From Gammaproteobacteria bacterium (GTDB taxonomy: Bacteria; Pseudomonadota; Gammaproteobacteria; GCA-002705445; GCA-002716945): 64,000 nt of DNA. The position numbers and the translations under genes are program-made. Numbering within the stretch: position 1 is the stretch's first letter; each line of letters opens with the position of its first letter. The notes below the pieces were generated by a model. It saw only the letters and a list, made by a program, of their open reading frames with translations. It did no database searches and was not told where the DNA came from. This document shows, piece after piece, positions 10,835 through 20,252 of this stretch. The stretch is taken from assembly GCA_002716945.1 (NCBI GenBank), contig PBCF01000002.1:142404-206403 (forward strand), given 5' to 3'.

Positions 10835-12328
10835 ATGGGAACGTCTAAAAATAACGAAAGTAAATACCCAAATCCCCTGGAACAGGGACTAGCTTTTGAT
10901 GACGTCCTTCTTGTGCCACAATATTCTGAAATACTACCAAAAGATGTTAGTCTCACGACACGATTGACTAATAAAATCTCATTAAAGATCCCTATATTAT
11001 CTGCTGCAATGGATACAGTAACTGAGGCAGAAATGGCTATTTCTTTAGCCAGTGAAGGTGGCATTGGGATAATACATAAAAATATGTCGATTGAAGAACA
11101 GGCACGTCAAATACGATTTGTTAAAAAACATGAAAGTGGTGTTATCAATGATCCAGTTACTGCTACTCCATCAATGACAGTAAAAGAAATATATGACATT
11201 ACTACAAAATATAAAATATCTGGTGTACCGGTTGTTGAAAATAATAAATTGGTCGGAATTGTTACTAATAGAGATTTAAGGTTTGTGGATAATCTCGACC
11301 TTAAAATTTCAAAAATAATGACGCCTCAAAATAAATTAATTACAGTTTCTGAAAATTACACTAAAAACGAAGTAATTACTGCTTTAAGGAAAAATAGAAT
11401 AGAGAAAATACTTATCGTCAACAAAAAACATGAATTAAAAGGGATGATCACATTCAAAGATATACAAAAATCTACTACATATCCAAATGCTTCTAAAGAT
11501 TCAAGTGGCAGTCTGATAGTTGGGGCAGCTGTAGGTACAAATGCAGAATCTATTAGCAGAGCAGATGAACTTATCGGGCAAGGAGCTGACGTTATAGTGA
11601 TTGATACAGCACATGGTCACTCAAAATTAGTAATCAAAATGCTTAAACATCTCAAGAAAAAATATCCTCAACAACAAATAATTGCTGGTAATATTGCAAC
11701 TGAATTGGCTGCTAAAGATTTAATTGATGCGGGTGCCGATGCTATTAAAGTGGGTATAGGACCAGGATCAATATGTACAACAAGAATTGTTGCTGGTGTT
11801 GGTGTTCCTCAATTATCCGCCATACTCGATGTTGCTAGATATGCTAAAAAGAAAAATATTCCAGTGATTGCTGACGGTGGCATTAGATATTCTGGTGATA
11901 TTGCCAAAGCAGTTGCTGCAGGAGCTAACGCTGTAATGCTTGGTGGGCTATTAGCCGGTACAGATGAATCACCGGGTGATGTAGAAATGTTTGAAGGTAG
12001 AACATATAAATCATATAGAGGTATGGGTTCTATTGGTGCTATGCAAAAAGGATCAAGAGATCGATATAATCAGGATGGAGAGAATAGTCCATCAAAACTA
12101 GTTCCTGAAGGAATTGAGGGGAGAGTTCCATATAAAGGAACAATGAAAACAATACTTCATCAGCTTATTGGAGGACTAAAATCTAGCATGGGATATGTTG
12201 GCTGTAAAGATATAAATGAAATGCAGAAGAATACGACATTCATTAAAATAAGCACTTCCGCTAAACAAGAAAGTCATATTCACGATGTAGATATAATAAA
12301 AGAACCACCTAATTATCAGCCAAGATGA
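10835..12328 (+). CDS. guaB: IMP dehydrogenase
   Basis: [22 protein letters not shown] pair. Confidence 0.98.
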   Translation: MGTSKNNESKYPNPLEQGLAFDDVLLVPQYSEILPKDVSLTTRLTNKISLKIPILSAAMDTVTEAEMAISLASEGGIGIIHKNMSIEEQARQIRFVKKHESGVINDPVTATPSMTVKEIYDITTKYKISGVPVVENNKLVGIVTNRDLRFVDNLDLKISKIMTPQNKLITVSENYTKNEVITALRKNRIEKILIVNKKHELKGMITFKDIQKSTTYPNASKDSSGSLIVGAAVGTNAESISRADELIGQGADVIVIDTAHGHSKLVIKMLKHLKKKYPQQQIIAGNIATELAAKDLIDAGADAIKVGIGPGSICTTRIVAGVGVPQLSAILDVARYAKKKNIPVIADGGIRYSGDIAKAVAAGANAVMLGGLLAGTDESPGDVEMFEGRTYKSYRGMGSIGAMQKGSRDRYNQDGENSPSKLVPEGIEGRVPYKGTMKTILHQLIGGLKSSMGYVGCKDINEMQKNTTFIKISTSAKQESHIHDVDIIKEPPNYQPR

Positions 12329-12329
12329 T

Positions 12330-13883
12330 ATGCAAAATACAAACCCTGATACTATTCTTATTATAGATTTTGGTTCTCAATATACACAACTTATCGCTCG
12401 AAGAGTAAGAGAAAAAAATGTTTTTAGTGTTGTTAAACCTAATGACGTTAATATTAAAGATATCAAAAATATAAATCCAAAGGGAATAATTTTATCAGGA
12501 GGGCCTGAATCTGTTTCCAACAAGAGAAAACTCCAGGTCTCAAAATCTATTTTTAATTTAGATGTTCCCATCTTAGGTATTTGTTACGGCATGCAGTTAA
12601 TTGCAGACTATTTTAATGGAACTGTAATATCATCAACTAAAAAAGAATTTGGACATACAAATTTTGTTTATAATAAGACATCTAGTTTATTTAATCACAT
12701 AAATCTTAAAAAGAAGTTGAATGTTTGGATGAGTCATTCAGACAATATTGCTAAACTTCCTAAAAACTTTACTTGTATTGGAAGTTCTACGAATACTAAA
12801 ATCAGTGCATTTGCATATGAAAATAAGAAAATATATGGATTACAATTTCATCCAGAAGTTACACATACTGAGTGTGGCAATATTATCATTAGTAATTTTA
12901 TACACCATATATGTAAATGTAAAAAATCATGGACAACACGTAATATAATAAATGAATCAATTCAAAATATTAAAAACTCTGTACAAAATAACAAAGTTTT
13001 ATTAGCTCTATCTGGAGGTGTTGACTCTACAGTTGTTGCAGCATTATTGAAGAGAGCAATAGGAAAGCAACTAACGTGCGTATTTATTAATACAGGATTA
13101 TTAAGAAAGAATGAAGTAAATGAAGTAAAATTTAACATTACAAAAAAATTAAAAATAAAACTCACTATTGTCAATGCAGAAAATATATTTTTTAAAAAAT
13201 TAAGAAATATTACTGATCCTGAAAAAAAGCGTAAGATAATTGGAGAAACTTTTATAAGAGTCTTTGAATCTGAATCAAAAAAATATAAAGATATAAAATA
13301 TTTAGGTCAAGGAACAATATATCCTGATGTTATAGAATCTTCATCAGATAGTAAAAAATCTGATGTTATCAAATCTCATCATAATGTTGGAGGTCTACCA
13401 AAAAAAATAAATTTTAAATTAATAGAGCCTATAAGAAATTTATTTAAAGATGAAGTTAGAAAAATTGGAAAGACTTTATCTGTTCCGGAAGAATTACTTT
13501 CTCGACACCCATTTCCAGGACCAGGTTTAGCTGTTAGAATTATTGGAGAAGTAACTAAAGATAAAGTTGCTATACTGCAGGATGTTGACTCAATTTTTAT
13601 AGAAGAAATAAAAAACCAGGGATACTATAATCAAATTAGCCAAGCATTAGCAGTATTCCTACCTATTAAATCAGTTGGAGTTATGGGAGATCAAAGAAAA
13701 TATAATTATGTAGTTGCTATTAGAGCTGTTAATACAATAGATTTTATGACAGCTAATGCTTGCGAACTACCGTATAAATTATTAAAGCAAATATCTACTA
13801 GGATTGTAAATGAAGTACCTAATGTATCAAGAGTGGTTTATGATATTACTAGTAAGCCGCCAGGCACAATAGAGTGGGAATAG
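12330..13883 (+). CDS. guaA: GMP synthase (glutamine-hydrolysing)
   Basis: DFGSQY, GICYGMQ, QFHPEV, SGGVDS, KPPGTIEWE. Confidence 0.98.
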   Translation: MQNTNPDTILIIDFGSQYTQLIARRVREKNVFSVVKPNDVNIKDIKNINPKGIILSGGPESVSNKRKLQVSKSIFNLDVPILGICYGMQLIADYFNGTVISSTKKEFGHTNFVYNKTSSLFNHINLKKKLNVWMSHSDNIAKLPKNFTCIGSSTNTKISAFAYENKKIYGLQFHPEVTHTECGNIIISNFIHHICKCKKSWTTRNIINESIQNIKNSVQNNKVLLALSGGVDSTVVAALLKRAIGKQLTCVFINTGLLRKNEVNEVKFNITKKLKIKLTIVNAENIFFKKLRNITDPEKKRKIIGETFIRVFESESKKYKDIKYLGQGTIYPDVIESSSDSKKSDVIKSHHNVGGLPKKINFKLIEPIRNLFKDEVRKIGKTLSVPEELLSRHPFPGPGLAVRIIGEVTKDKVAILQDVDSIFIEEIKNQGYYNQISQALAVFLPIKSVGVMGDQRKYNYVVAIRAVNTIDFMTANACELPYKLLKQISTRIVNEVPNVSRVVYDITSKPPGTIEWE

Positions 13884-13888
13884 TTAAT

Positions 13889-14542
13889 ATGCGCTCACTA
13901 ATAAAATACTTTTTGTCTCTACTAAATGCTAGTTTTTATGAAAAAGGATTAGCTCTATATTTATTACGAACAAAATTTAAAGAAATTAGGGGTACTACAA
14001 AACATTTGAAAAGGGAAGACTTATGGCTAGATACAATACAAAAATGTAATAATAAAGTTCTTTTTTTAGAGTTTGGAGTATGGGAAGGGTATTCCATCAA
14101 CTTTTTCATACAAAATATAAAGCATAAAGATTCTCTTTTTTTTGGTTTTGATAGTTTTGAAGGTTTGCCAGAGGACTGGTATACCAACCCTAAGGGTACT
14201 TTCAATGTAAAAGGTAAAATACCAGAAATTTCCGATCAAAGAGTATCTTTTATTAAAGGTTGGTTTAATCAAAGTCTCCCAAAATTTATCGATGATAATT
14301 TGTCAAAAGCACATGATTTTAAGTTAATTGTTCATTATGACGCAGACCTTTATAGTTCTACATTGTTTTGTTTATCTCAAATAGATAGATTGAAGATCAA
14401 GTATTTAGCAATATTTGATGAATTTACACGTGACGAGACTAGAGCCCTATATAATTATATACAATCTCATGGAGCCACAGTAAAGTTTCTAGGACATACT
14501 GATAATCATCAAGTCTTATGTGAAATCCAGCCCATTATTTAA
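13889..14542 (+). CDS. TylF/MycF-like class I SAM-dependent methyltransferase
   Basis: LEFGVWEG, GFDSFEGLP, KGWF, HYDADLYSST, FDE motifs; probable ATG at 13889. Confidence 0.8.
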   Translation: MRSLIKYFLSLLNASFYEKGLALYLLRTKFKEIRGTTKHLKREDLWLDTIQKCNNKVLFLEFGVWEGYSINFFIQNIKHKDSLFFGFDSFEGLPEDWYTNPKGTFNVKGKIPEISDQRVSFIKGWFNQSLPKFIDDNLSKAHDFKLIVHYDADLYSSTLFCLSQIDRLKIKYLAIFDEFTRDETRALYNYIQSHGATVKFLGHTDNHQVLCEIQPII

Positions 14543-14559
14543 AATTTTACAAATAATCC

Positions 14560-14611
14560 TTGTACTAATTTATTTTTTTTTGTAACTTAATAAAGGCTTT
14601 CCGTTGAAAGC
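14560..14611 (+). promoter_or_regulatory. Putative sigma70 promoter of dinB plus small leader hairpin
   Basis: TTGTAC (14560-65), 17 bp, TAACTT (14583-88), followed by the hairpin GCTTTC-CGTT-GAAAGC (14596-14611). Confidence 0.35.
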
Positions 14612-14671
14612 ATATCCTAGATACTAAAAATACCAAACAATATTTATATTATCTAAATACTTGAATATTAA

Positions 14672-15904
14672 ATGATTGAATTTACCAAATACAATTGGTC
14701 TAAAATTATAATGCATGTTGATATGAATGCATTTTTTGCATCTATTGAGCAACGAGATTTTATATATTTGCGCAATAAACCTGTTGCTATAACGAATGGT
14801 CTAAAAGGTTCTTGCATTATAACATGTTCATATGAAGCCAGAGCATTTGGAATAAAAACCGGAATGAGATTTATTGATGCAAAAAAATTATGTCCTAAAT
14901 TAATCAGAAGAAGTTCCAGGCCTAATCATTATGCAAAAATTTCAGCAGAAATCATGAAAGTATTAAAAAATATTTCACCAGATATAGAAATATTTTCTGT
15001 TGATGAAGCATTTTTAGATTTAACACGATATCAGAAAATTTATTTTTCTCCATTCCATGTTGCGTACTTGATTAAACATATTATATATAATCAGTTTGGA
15101 TTAACTTGTTCTATTGGAATTTCAGACAATAAATCCACAGCAAAATTTGCTTCTAAATTAAAAAAACCAAATGGAATTACACTAATAAAACCTCAGGATG
15201 CTGAAAAAATTCTATCTAATTATCCTGTTACAGAATTATGTGGTGTTGCTAAAGGAGTCAAAGAGTTTTTGAAATACCATGGAGTTTTAAAATGCAAGGA
15301 TATGAAAAAAATACCTATAAGCATTTTAGGGAATCGATTTGGTAATATTGGTAAAAAAATTTGGATGATGGCACAAGGAAAGGATATAGATTCACTTAAC
15401 TTGATTTCTAAATCACCTAAATCTATTGGACACGGAAAAGTGACAAAACCCAATACCCAGGATGATTATGAAATTAGATATATATTATATCGTATGAGTG
15501 AGAAAGTTGCTGCTAGAATGAGATCTCATAATTATGAAAGTAATAAATTTTTTATTGGAATCAAAATTCAAACAGGATGGATAAGTGATTATTTTAAAAC
15601 TAAAACATATATTAATAATGGAAAAAATATTTTTGATTTATGTATTAGTTTATTAAACACAATAAAAATAAAATATGGAGTTTTTCAAGTTCAAGTAACA
15701 GCTGTTAATCCAAAAGCATGTAACACACAAAAAGATTTGTTTGATGATGTTATTCATCAACGTATTTTAGATTCAACTATTGATAAATTAAATGAAAAGT
15801 TTGGAAGATTGGTGGTAATTCCTGCACGATTAAATACATATCAGGAATCCCCAGATGTAATTTCACCTTCATGGCGACCATCTGGTCATAGAAAATCCCT
15901 ATAA
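14672..15904 (+). CDS. dinB: Y-family DNA polymerase IV
   Basis: HVDMNAFFAS, SYEARAFG, SVDEAFLD; beta-clamp-like motif QKDLF. Confidence 0.92.
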   Translation: MIEFTKYNWSKIIMHVDMNAFFASIEQRDFIYLRNKPVAITNGLKGSCIITCSYEARAFGIKTGMRFIDAKKLCPKLIRRSSRPNHYAKISAEIMKVLKNISPDIEIFSVDEAFLDLTRYQKIYFSPFHVAYLIKHIIYNQFGLTCSIGISDNKSTAKFASKLKKPNGITLIKPQDAEKILSNYPVTELCGVAKGVKEFLKYHGVLKCKDMKKIPISILGNRFGNIGKKIWMMAQGKDIDSLNLISKSPKSIGHGKVTKPNTQDDYEIRYILYRMSEKVAARMRSHNYESNKFFIGIKIQTGWISDYFKTKTYINNGKNIFDLCISLLNTIKIKYGVFQVQVTAVNPKACNTQKDLFDDVIHQRILDSTIDKLNEKFGRLVVIPARLNTYQESPDVISPSWRPSGHRKSL

Positions 15905-15938
15905 AAAAAAGGCCGAAAGGGGGTTAGATTCGGCCTTT
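15903..15938 (-). terminator. Rho-independent terminator of the minus-strand sRNA (may also weakly end dinB)
   Basis: Minus strand reads AAAGGCCGAA-UCUAACCCCCU-UUCGGCC-UUUUUUUU. The plus strand has only 3 T after the stem. Confidence 0.85.
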
Positions 15939-15980
15939 AGATAAAGGGGTGGAGATACGACAGTATGTCTATATCCTGTC
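15903..15980 (-). ncRNA. Putative novel small regulatory RNA (~78 nt)
   Basis: Upstream TTGACA-17-TATTGT promoter, 5' hairpin GACAG..CUGUC, C-rich linker, GC hairpin followed by U8. No protein-sized ORF. Confidence 0.7.
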
Positions 15981-15984
15981 TATT

Positions 15985-16013
15985 ACAATAATTGAACAAA
16001 ACGCATCTGTCAA
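15985..16013 (-). promoter_or_regulatory. sigma70 promoter of the sRNA
   Basis: -35 TTGACA (plus tgtcaa 16008-13), 17-bp spacer, -10 TATTGT (plus acaata 15985-90). Confidence 0.7.
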
Positions 16014-16037
16014 CAATAAAAGCAAACAAAAACTGTA

Positions 16038-16055
16038 CATAGAATATATTCTATG
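16038..16055. repeat. Perfect 18-bp palindrome CATAGAATATATTCTATG
   Basis: Read directly; flanked by the further inverted arms CAAACA (16023-28) and TGTTTG (16060-65). Confidence 0.8.
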
Positions 16056-16073
16056 ATAATGTTTGTTTTAAAT

Positions 16074-16120
16074 TTGACAAAAGATTGACAAAGTAAGAAA
16101 AAATTAGAAAAATATAGACA
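16074..16120 (+). promoter_or_regulatory. CarH-type operator-like direct repeats
   Basis: TTGACA at 16074 and 16085 (11-bp period), then TAGAAA at 16105 and TAGACA at 16115, just upstream of the MerR-family gene. Confidence 0.6.
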
Positions 16121-16131
16121 AAAGAGAGATT

Positions 16132-17091
16132 ATGAATAATGACATGAAAAAGGGTTTGGTTGATAAGCCAAGGCACTTAATACAAGTTGTTAGCAGAAGA
16201 ACAGGCATTAGCCCGGATGTTATACGTGCATGGGAAAGAAGATATGAGGCAGTTGTTTCTCATAGAACACCTACTAATAGACGTCTTTATTCAGATTCAG
16301 ATATTGAGCAGTTAAGCTTGTTAAAAAGAGCTATTAATGCAGGACGAAGAATTGGTGACATTGCTAGACTATCTTACGACGATCTTTTTGAATTAGTAAT
16401 GGGTGATGAATCCAATGCCACAAGATCATATCAAAGACCTCATACTGGAGTAGTGATGGAATTGTTTGATGAGGCTGTTATAGGAATCCAAGAAATGGAT
16501 GCACATAAATTTCATATAACCTTATCCAATGCACTCGCAACTCTTAGTACAACTGATTTCTTAGTTGAATTTTTAAAGCCATTACATAGTTATATCAATG
16601 ATGAGTGTAAAAGAGGTGCGATAAGGTATGTTCAAGAAAAAATGGCAAAAATAGCAATTAGAACCTGTTTAAGCAACCTTTATATTGGTTTAAGATCTTC
16701 AAAACCAGAAGGTCCTAAGTTAGTTTGTGCATCATTAACAGCAGAGTATGAAAATTTGGATACCTGGATGTACATGATCGTTGCACAAAATGTTGGTTGG
16801 AATATAACCTATGTAGGCAATTCAATACCACATGATGAAGTTTCATATATAGCAAACAAGATTGAGGCTAATGCGGTTGTAATAGCATTAAATAATCCAC
16901 GTGATATAGCACGTAAATCATATGAAATAAAAACAATTAGAGATAATGCTGATAAAAAAGAAAATGTTATACTTATTGGAACTCAAGCTTCAGAATATAG
17001 GCAAATTGCAGATTCAACACAAGCAATAATCTCTCTTGATATAACATCTTTCCGATTAACTCTAGAGAGACTCTATAGCTTAATTAGATAA
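16132..17091 (+). CDS. MerR-family CarH/LitR-like repressor with degenerate cobalamin-binding domain
   Basis: IRAWERRY...RRLYS HTH, four-helix cap, and Rossmann-like GWNITYVG..IP; cobalt-ligand His residues are absent. Confidence 0.85.
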   Translation: MNNDMKKGLVDKPRHLIQVVSRRTGISPDVIRAWERRYEAVVSHRTPTNRRLYSDSDIEQLSLLKRAINAGRRIGDIARLSYDDLFELVMGDESNATRSYQRPHTGVVMELFDEAVIGIQEMDAHKFHITLSNALATLSTTDFLVEFLKPLHSYINDECKRGAIRYVQEKMAKIAIRTCLSNLYIGLRSSKPEGPKLVCASLTAEYENLDTWMYMIVAQNVGWNITYVGNSIPHDEVSYIANKIEANAVVIALNNPRDIARKSYEIKTIRDNADKKENVILIGTQASEYRQIADSTQAIISLDITSFRLTLERLYSLIR

Positions 17092-19812
17092 ATTTTTAAG
17101 TAAATCTTTTTTAGATTCAATATCTTTTAATAGATCTTCTTTTTTTTGTAAGTTAATTTGGATAATATTCGATGGTGCCTTTTCTATAAATTCTTTATTA
17201 TTAAGCTTACTATTAACTTTATCTAAATTACTAGATAGTTGACTAATAATCTTATTTAATCTATTTTTTTCTTCTTTAATATCTATAAATTTTTTAATAG
17301 GTATTAAAATCTTTATATCATTCAGGGATTGGGTTATACAATCTTTTATAATTTTATCATTAACATCCCAAATAATTTTGTTAATTTTTGAAAGATTACT
17401 AATTATAGATAAATTTTGTAACAAAATATTTTTTTTGTCATCATTATTTGTAATAAGATAAATATCTAATTCTTTTTTCGGGTGTATATTTAAATCACTT
17501 TTAGTTTTTCTAATTATATTTACTATATCTTTTACCAAATCAATAGTTTTTAAAACTTTTTCATCTTTAAATATTTTTTGTTGTGGAGGAAATTTTGAAT
17601 TTATTAATAATTCATCATCAGTATACTTTCTTGTGTATATATCAGACCATATTTCTTCCGTGATGTAAGGTATAATTGGATGACATAATTTCAAAATTAT
17701 TTTTAATGTATAAATTAAAACTTGTGGAGAATGATCTTTGTCTGATTTAGAAATTTCAAGATACCAATCACAGTATTCATTCCATATAAAGCTGTATAAT
17801 GACGATGCCATTAAATCAAATCTGTAGTTAGAGCAATGTTTTTTATAATCAGTTATTAATGTATCTAGTGATATTATTATCCATTTATCAAAGATATTAA
17901 GAGATTCAAAATTATCTTTTGGATTGTAAACAAGATTTTCTGTTGTCATAAATACATATCTTGATGCATTCCATAATTTATTACAAAAATTTCTATACCC
18001 TTCTATTCTTTTTAGATCAAAATTAATATCTCTACCAGTTGACGCTAAAGCACAAAAACAAAACCTTAATGCATCGGCTCCATAAGAAGGTATACCTGAA
18101 GGAAATTCATCACGTGTTTTTTTTATTATATCTTGTTTTTGTTTCTCATTTATTAGACTATCAATGCGTTTATTTGTCAGATCATCAAGATTTATTCCAT
18201 CGATTATATCGATCGGATCAATGATATTGCCGAGTGATTTTGACATCTTTCTTCCCTCAGAATCCCTAACAAGACCATGAATGTATATTGTCTTGAAAGG
18301 TATTTTTTTCATAAATTTTAAACCCATCATTACCATTCTAGCTACCCAAAAAAATATAATATCAAATCCTGTAACTAGAACATTTGTTGGGTAATACAAA
18401 TCTAATTCTTTAGATTTTTCTGGCCACCCTAAAGTTGTAAATGGCCATAATGCAGATGAAAACCAAGTATCTAAAACATCAGTTTCTTGAGTGATATTTA
18501 TTTTTGCATTAAGATTATATTTTTTTCTAACTTCATTCTCATTTGTTCCAACATATATATTTTTTTTAGAATCATACCAAATAGGTATTCTATGCCCCCA
18601 CCATATTTGTCGACTAATACACCAATCATCAATCTTGTTTAACCAATTTAAATATATTTTTTCCCAATTTTTAGGCACAAATTTTACTGTTGAATCGTTA
18701 ACTACATCAATTGCTGGTTTTGCCAGACCTTTCATTTTCATAAACCATTGGTCAGTTAAAAATGGCTCAATTATTACCCCTGATCTTTCGGCGATAGGCA
18801 ATGTAATTTGATAATCTTTGATTTTATTAATTCTATTTTGTTTTTTTAGCTCATCAACTATTATTTCTCTTGATTTATGAATATTTAAACCCACAAAACT
18901 TTTATACACATTTTCATTCAAAGTCCCATCTTCATTCATGATATTAATTGATTGAAGATTATGATTTAATCCAGTTTTATAATCATTGAAATCATGAGCA
19001 GGTGTAATTTTTACACATCCAGTACCAAATTCTTTATCTACAGATTCATCTTGTATAATTGGAATTTTTCTATTAATAAATGGAACCAATGCGGTTTTAT
19101 TTGCTAAATTTTTATAACGACTATCATCAGGATGTATACAGATTGCAGTATCACCAAATAATGTCTCAGGTCTTGTTGTAGCAACAGTAATTTTTTGATT
19201 GATTCCTTCAATATCATAATCAATAAAATATAATAAACCAGGTTTTTCTATATTGGAAACTTCAAGATCTGAAATAGCAGTTTTGAGTTTAATGTCCCAG
19301 TTGACTAGTCTTTTGCCTTTATATATTATTTTTTCATCATACAACTTAATGAAAACTTGAGAGACAGCCTCACTTAAACCTTCATCCATTGTAAATCTAT
19401 TTCTATTCCAATCAGCAGACGATCCAATTCTTTTTGTTTGTTTAATAATAGTATCACCCGATTTATCTTTCCATTTCCAGATTTCATCAATCAATTTATC
19501 TCTACCAATTTTATCTTTGGTGATACCTTTCTTTTGTAAGTTATTCTCAACAACTAATTGAGTTGCTATCCCTGCATGATCCGTACCAGGTTGCCATAAA
19601 ACACTTTTACCAAGCATTCTATTAAATCTAATTAATATATCTATTATGGTGTGCTGGAAAGCATGACCCATATGCAGTGTACCTGTAACATTAGGTGGTG
19701 GAAGCACAATTGAATATGTAGATTTAGAATCTTTGGCTTTGAAACAATCCTTGTTCATCCAAGATTCGTATATCTTTTTTTCAATTTTTTTTGGATTATA
19801 TTGTTTATCCAT
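17080..19812 (-). CDS. valS: Valine--tRNA ligase
   Basis: PPPNVTG.LHMGH, WCISRQIWWGH, KMSKS; C-terminal coiled coil. Confidence 0.98.
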   Translation of the reverse strand: MDKQYNPKKIEKKIYESWMNKDCFKAKDSKSTYSIVLPPPNVTGTLHMGHAFQHTIIDILIRFNRMLGKSVLWQPGTDHAGIATQLVVENNLQKKGITKDKIGRDKLIDEIWKWKDKSGDTIIKQTKRIGSSADWNRNRFTMDEGLSEAVSQVFIKLYDEKIIYKGKRLVNWDIKLKTAISDLEVSNIEKPGLLYFIDYDIEGINQKITVATTRPETLFGDTAICIHPDDSRYKNLANKTALVPFINRKIPIIQDESVDKEFGTGCVKITPAHDFNDYKTGLNHNLQSINIMNEDGTLNENVYKSFVGLNIHKSREIIVDELKKQNRINKIKDYQITLPIAERSGVIIEPFLTDQWFMKMKGLAKPAIDVVNDSTVKFVPKNWEKIYLNWLNKIDDWCISRQIWWGHRIPIWYDSKKNIYVGTNENEVRKKYNLNAKINITQETDVLDTWFSSALWPFTTLGWPEKSKELDLYYPTNVLVTGFDIIFFWVARMVMMGLKFMKKIPFKTIYIHGLVRDSEGRKMSKSLGNIIDPIDIIDGINLDDLTNKRIDSLINEKQKQDIIKKTRDEFPSGIPSYGADALRFCFCALASTGRDINFDLKRIEGYRNFCNKLWNASRYVFMTTENLVYNPKDNFESLNIFDKWIIISLDTLITDYKKHCSNYRFDLMASSLYSFIWNEYCDWYLEISKSDKDHSPQVLIYTLKIILKLCHPIIPYITEEIWSDIYTRKYTDDELLINSKFPPQQKIFKDEKVLKTIDLVKDIVNIIRKTKSDLNIHPKKELDIYLITNNDDKKNILLQNLSIISNLSKINKIIWDVNDKIIKDCITQSLNDIKILIPIKKFIDIKEEKNRLNKIISQLSSNLDKVNSKLNNKEFIEKAPSNIIQINLQKKEDLLKDIESKKDLLKNLSN

Positions 19813-20251
19813 TAGCTAAGATTTTTTCGTGTATTGTTTCAAAATTGTTTTTCTTATACATAATATAATGGTCTCTTGATTTTTTTTTCATATTTTCATC
19901 AGGTAAAACAAACTCAATAATAATTTTATATCTTTCATAGTCCTTAGGAAAATCATCACTCAAGTTTATAAGTATTTCAAATTCAGAATTTACTAGATTT
20001 TCAGGTATTTGATTTTTTTTGCATATTATTATGGGTGCAGTTGAATCTAATTTTTTATATGTTGTATGTGGTATAAAACTAATTTGTTCAAATTTCCATA
20101 GTTCATTATCTATTTCTTCTATTAAATCATCACTATTTGCAACGACAACAATTTTGTATTCTTTTTTATAATATTGTTTGATAACTTGGCAAATGTTATT
20201 GCGATATTGATTTATATCATTAAGTATATAAAAAAAAGCGATTTTCTTCAA
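19805..20251 (-). CDS. holC: DNA polymerase III subunit chi
   Basis: D..LW.F...SFIPH; pepA-holC-valS synteny. Confidence 0.9.
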   Translation of the reverse strand: MKKIAFFYILNDINQYRNNICQVIKQYYKKEYKIVVVANSDDLIEEIDNELWKFEQISFIPHTTYKKLDSTAPIIICKKNQIPENLVNSEFEILINLSDDFPKDYERYKIIIEFVLPDENMKKKSRDHYIMYKKNNFETIHEKILANG

Positions 20252-20252
20252 T

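Noticed and set aside
15973..15979. CsrA/RsmA-sponge RNA (ACAGGAU in the sRNA)
   Set aside because: Only one GGA motif, lying in a stem or bulge rather than in multiple loops.
15966..16120. CRISPR-like or tandem repeat array
   Set aside because: Repeats are 6-bp cores at a 10-11 bp period with no spacer-sized unique sequences and no cas genes.
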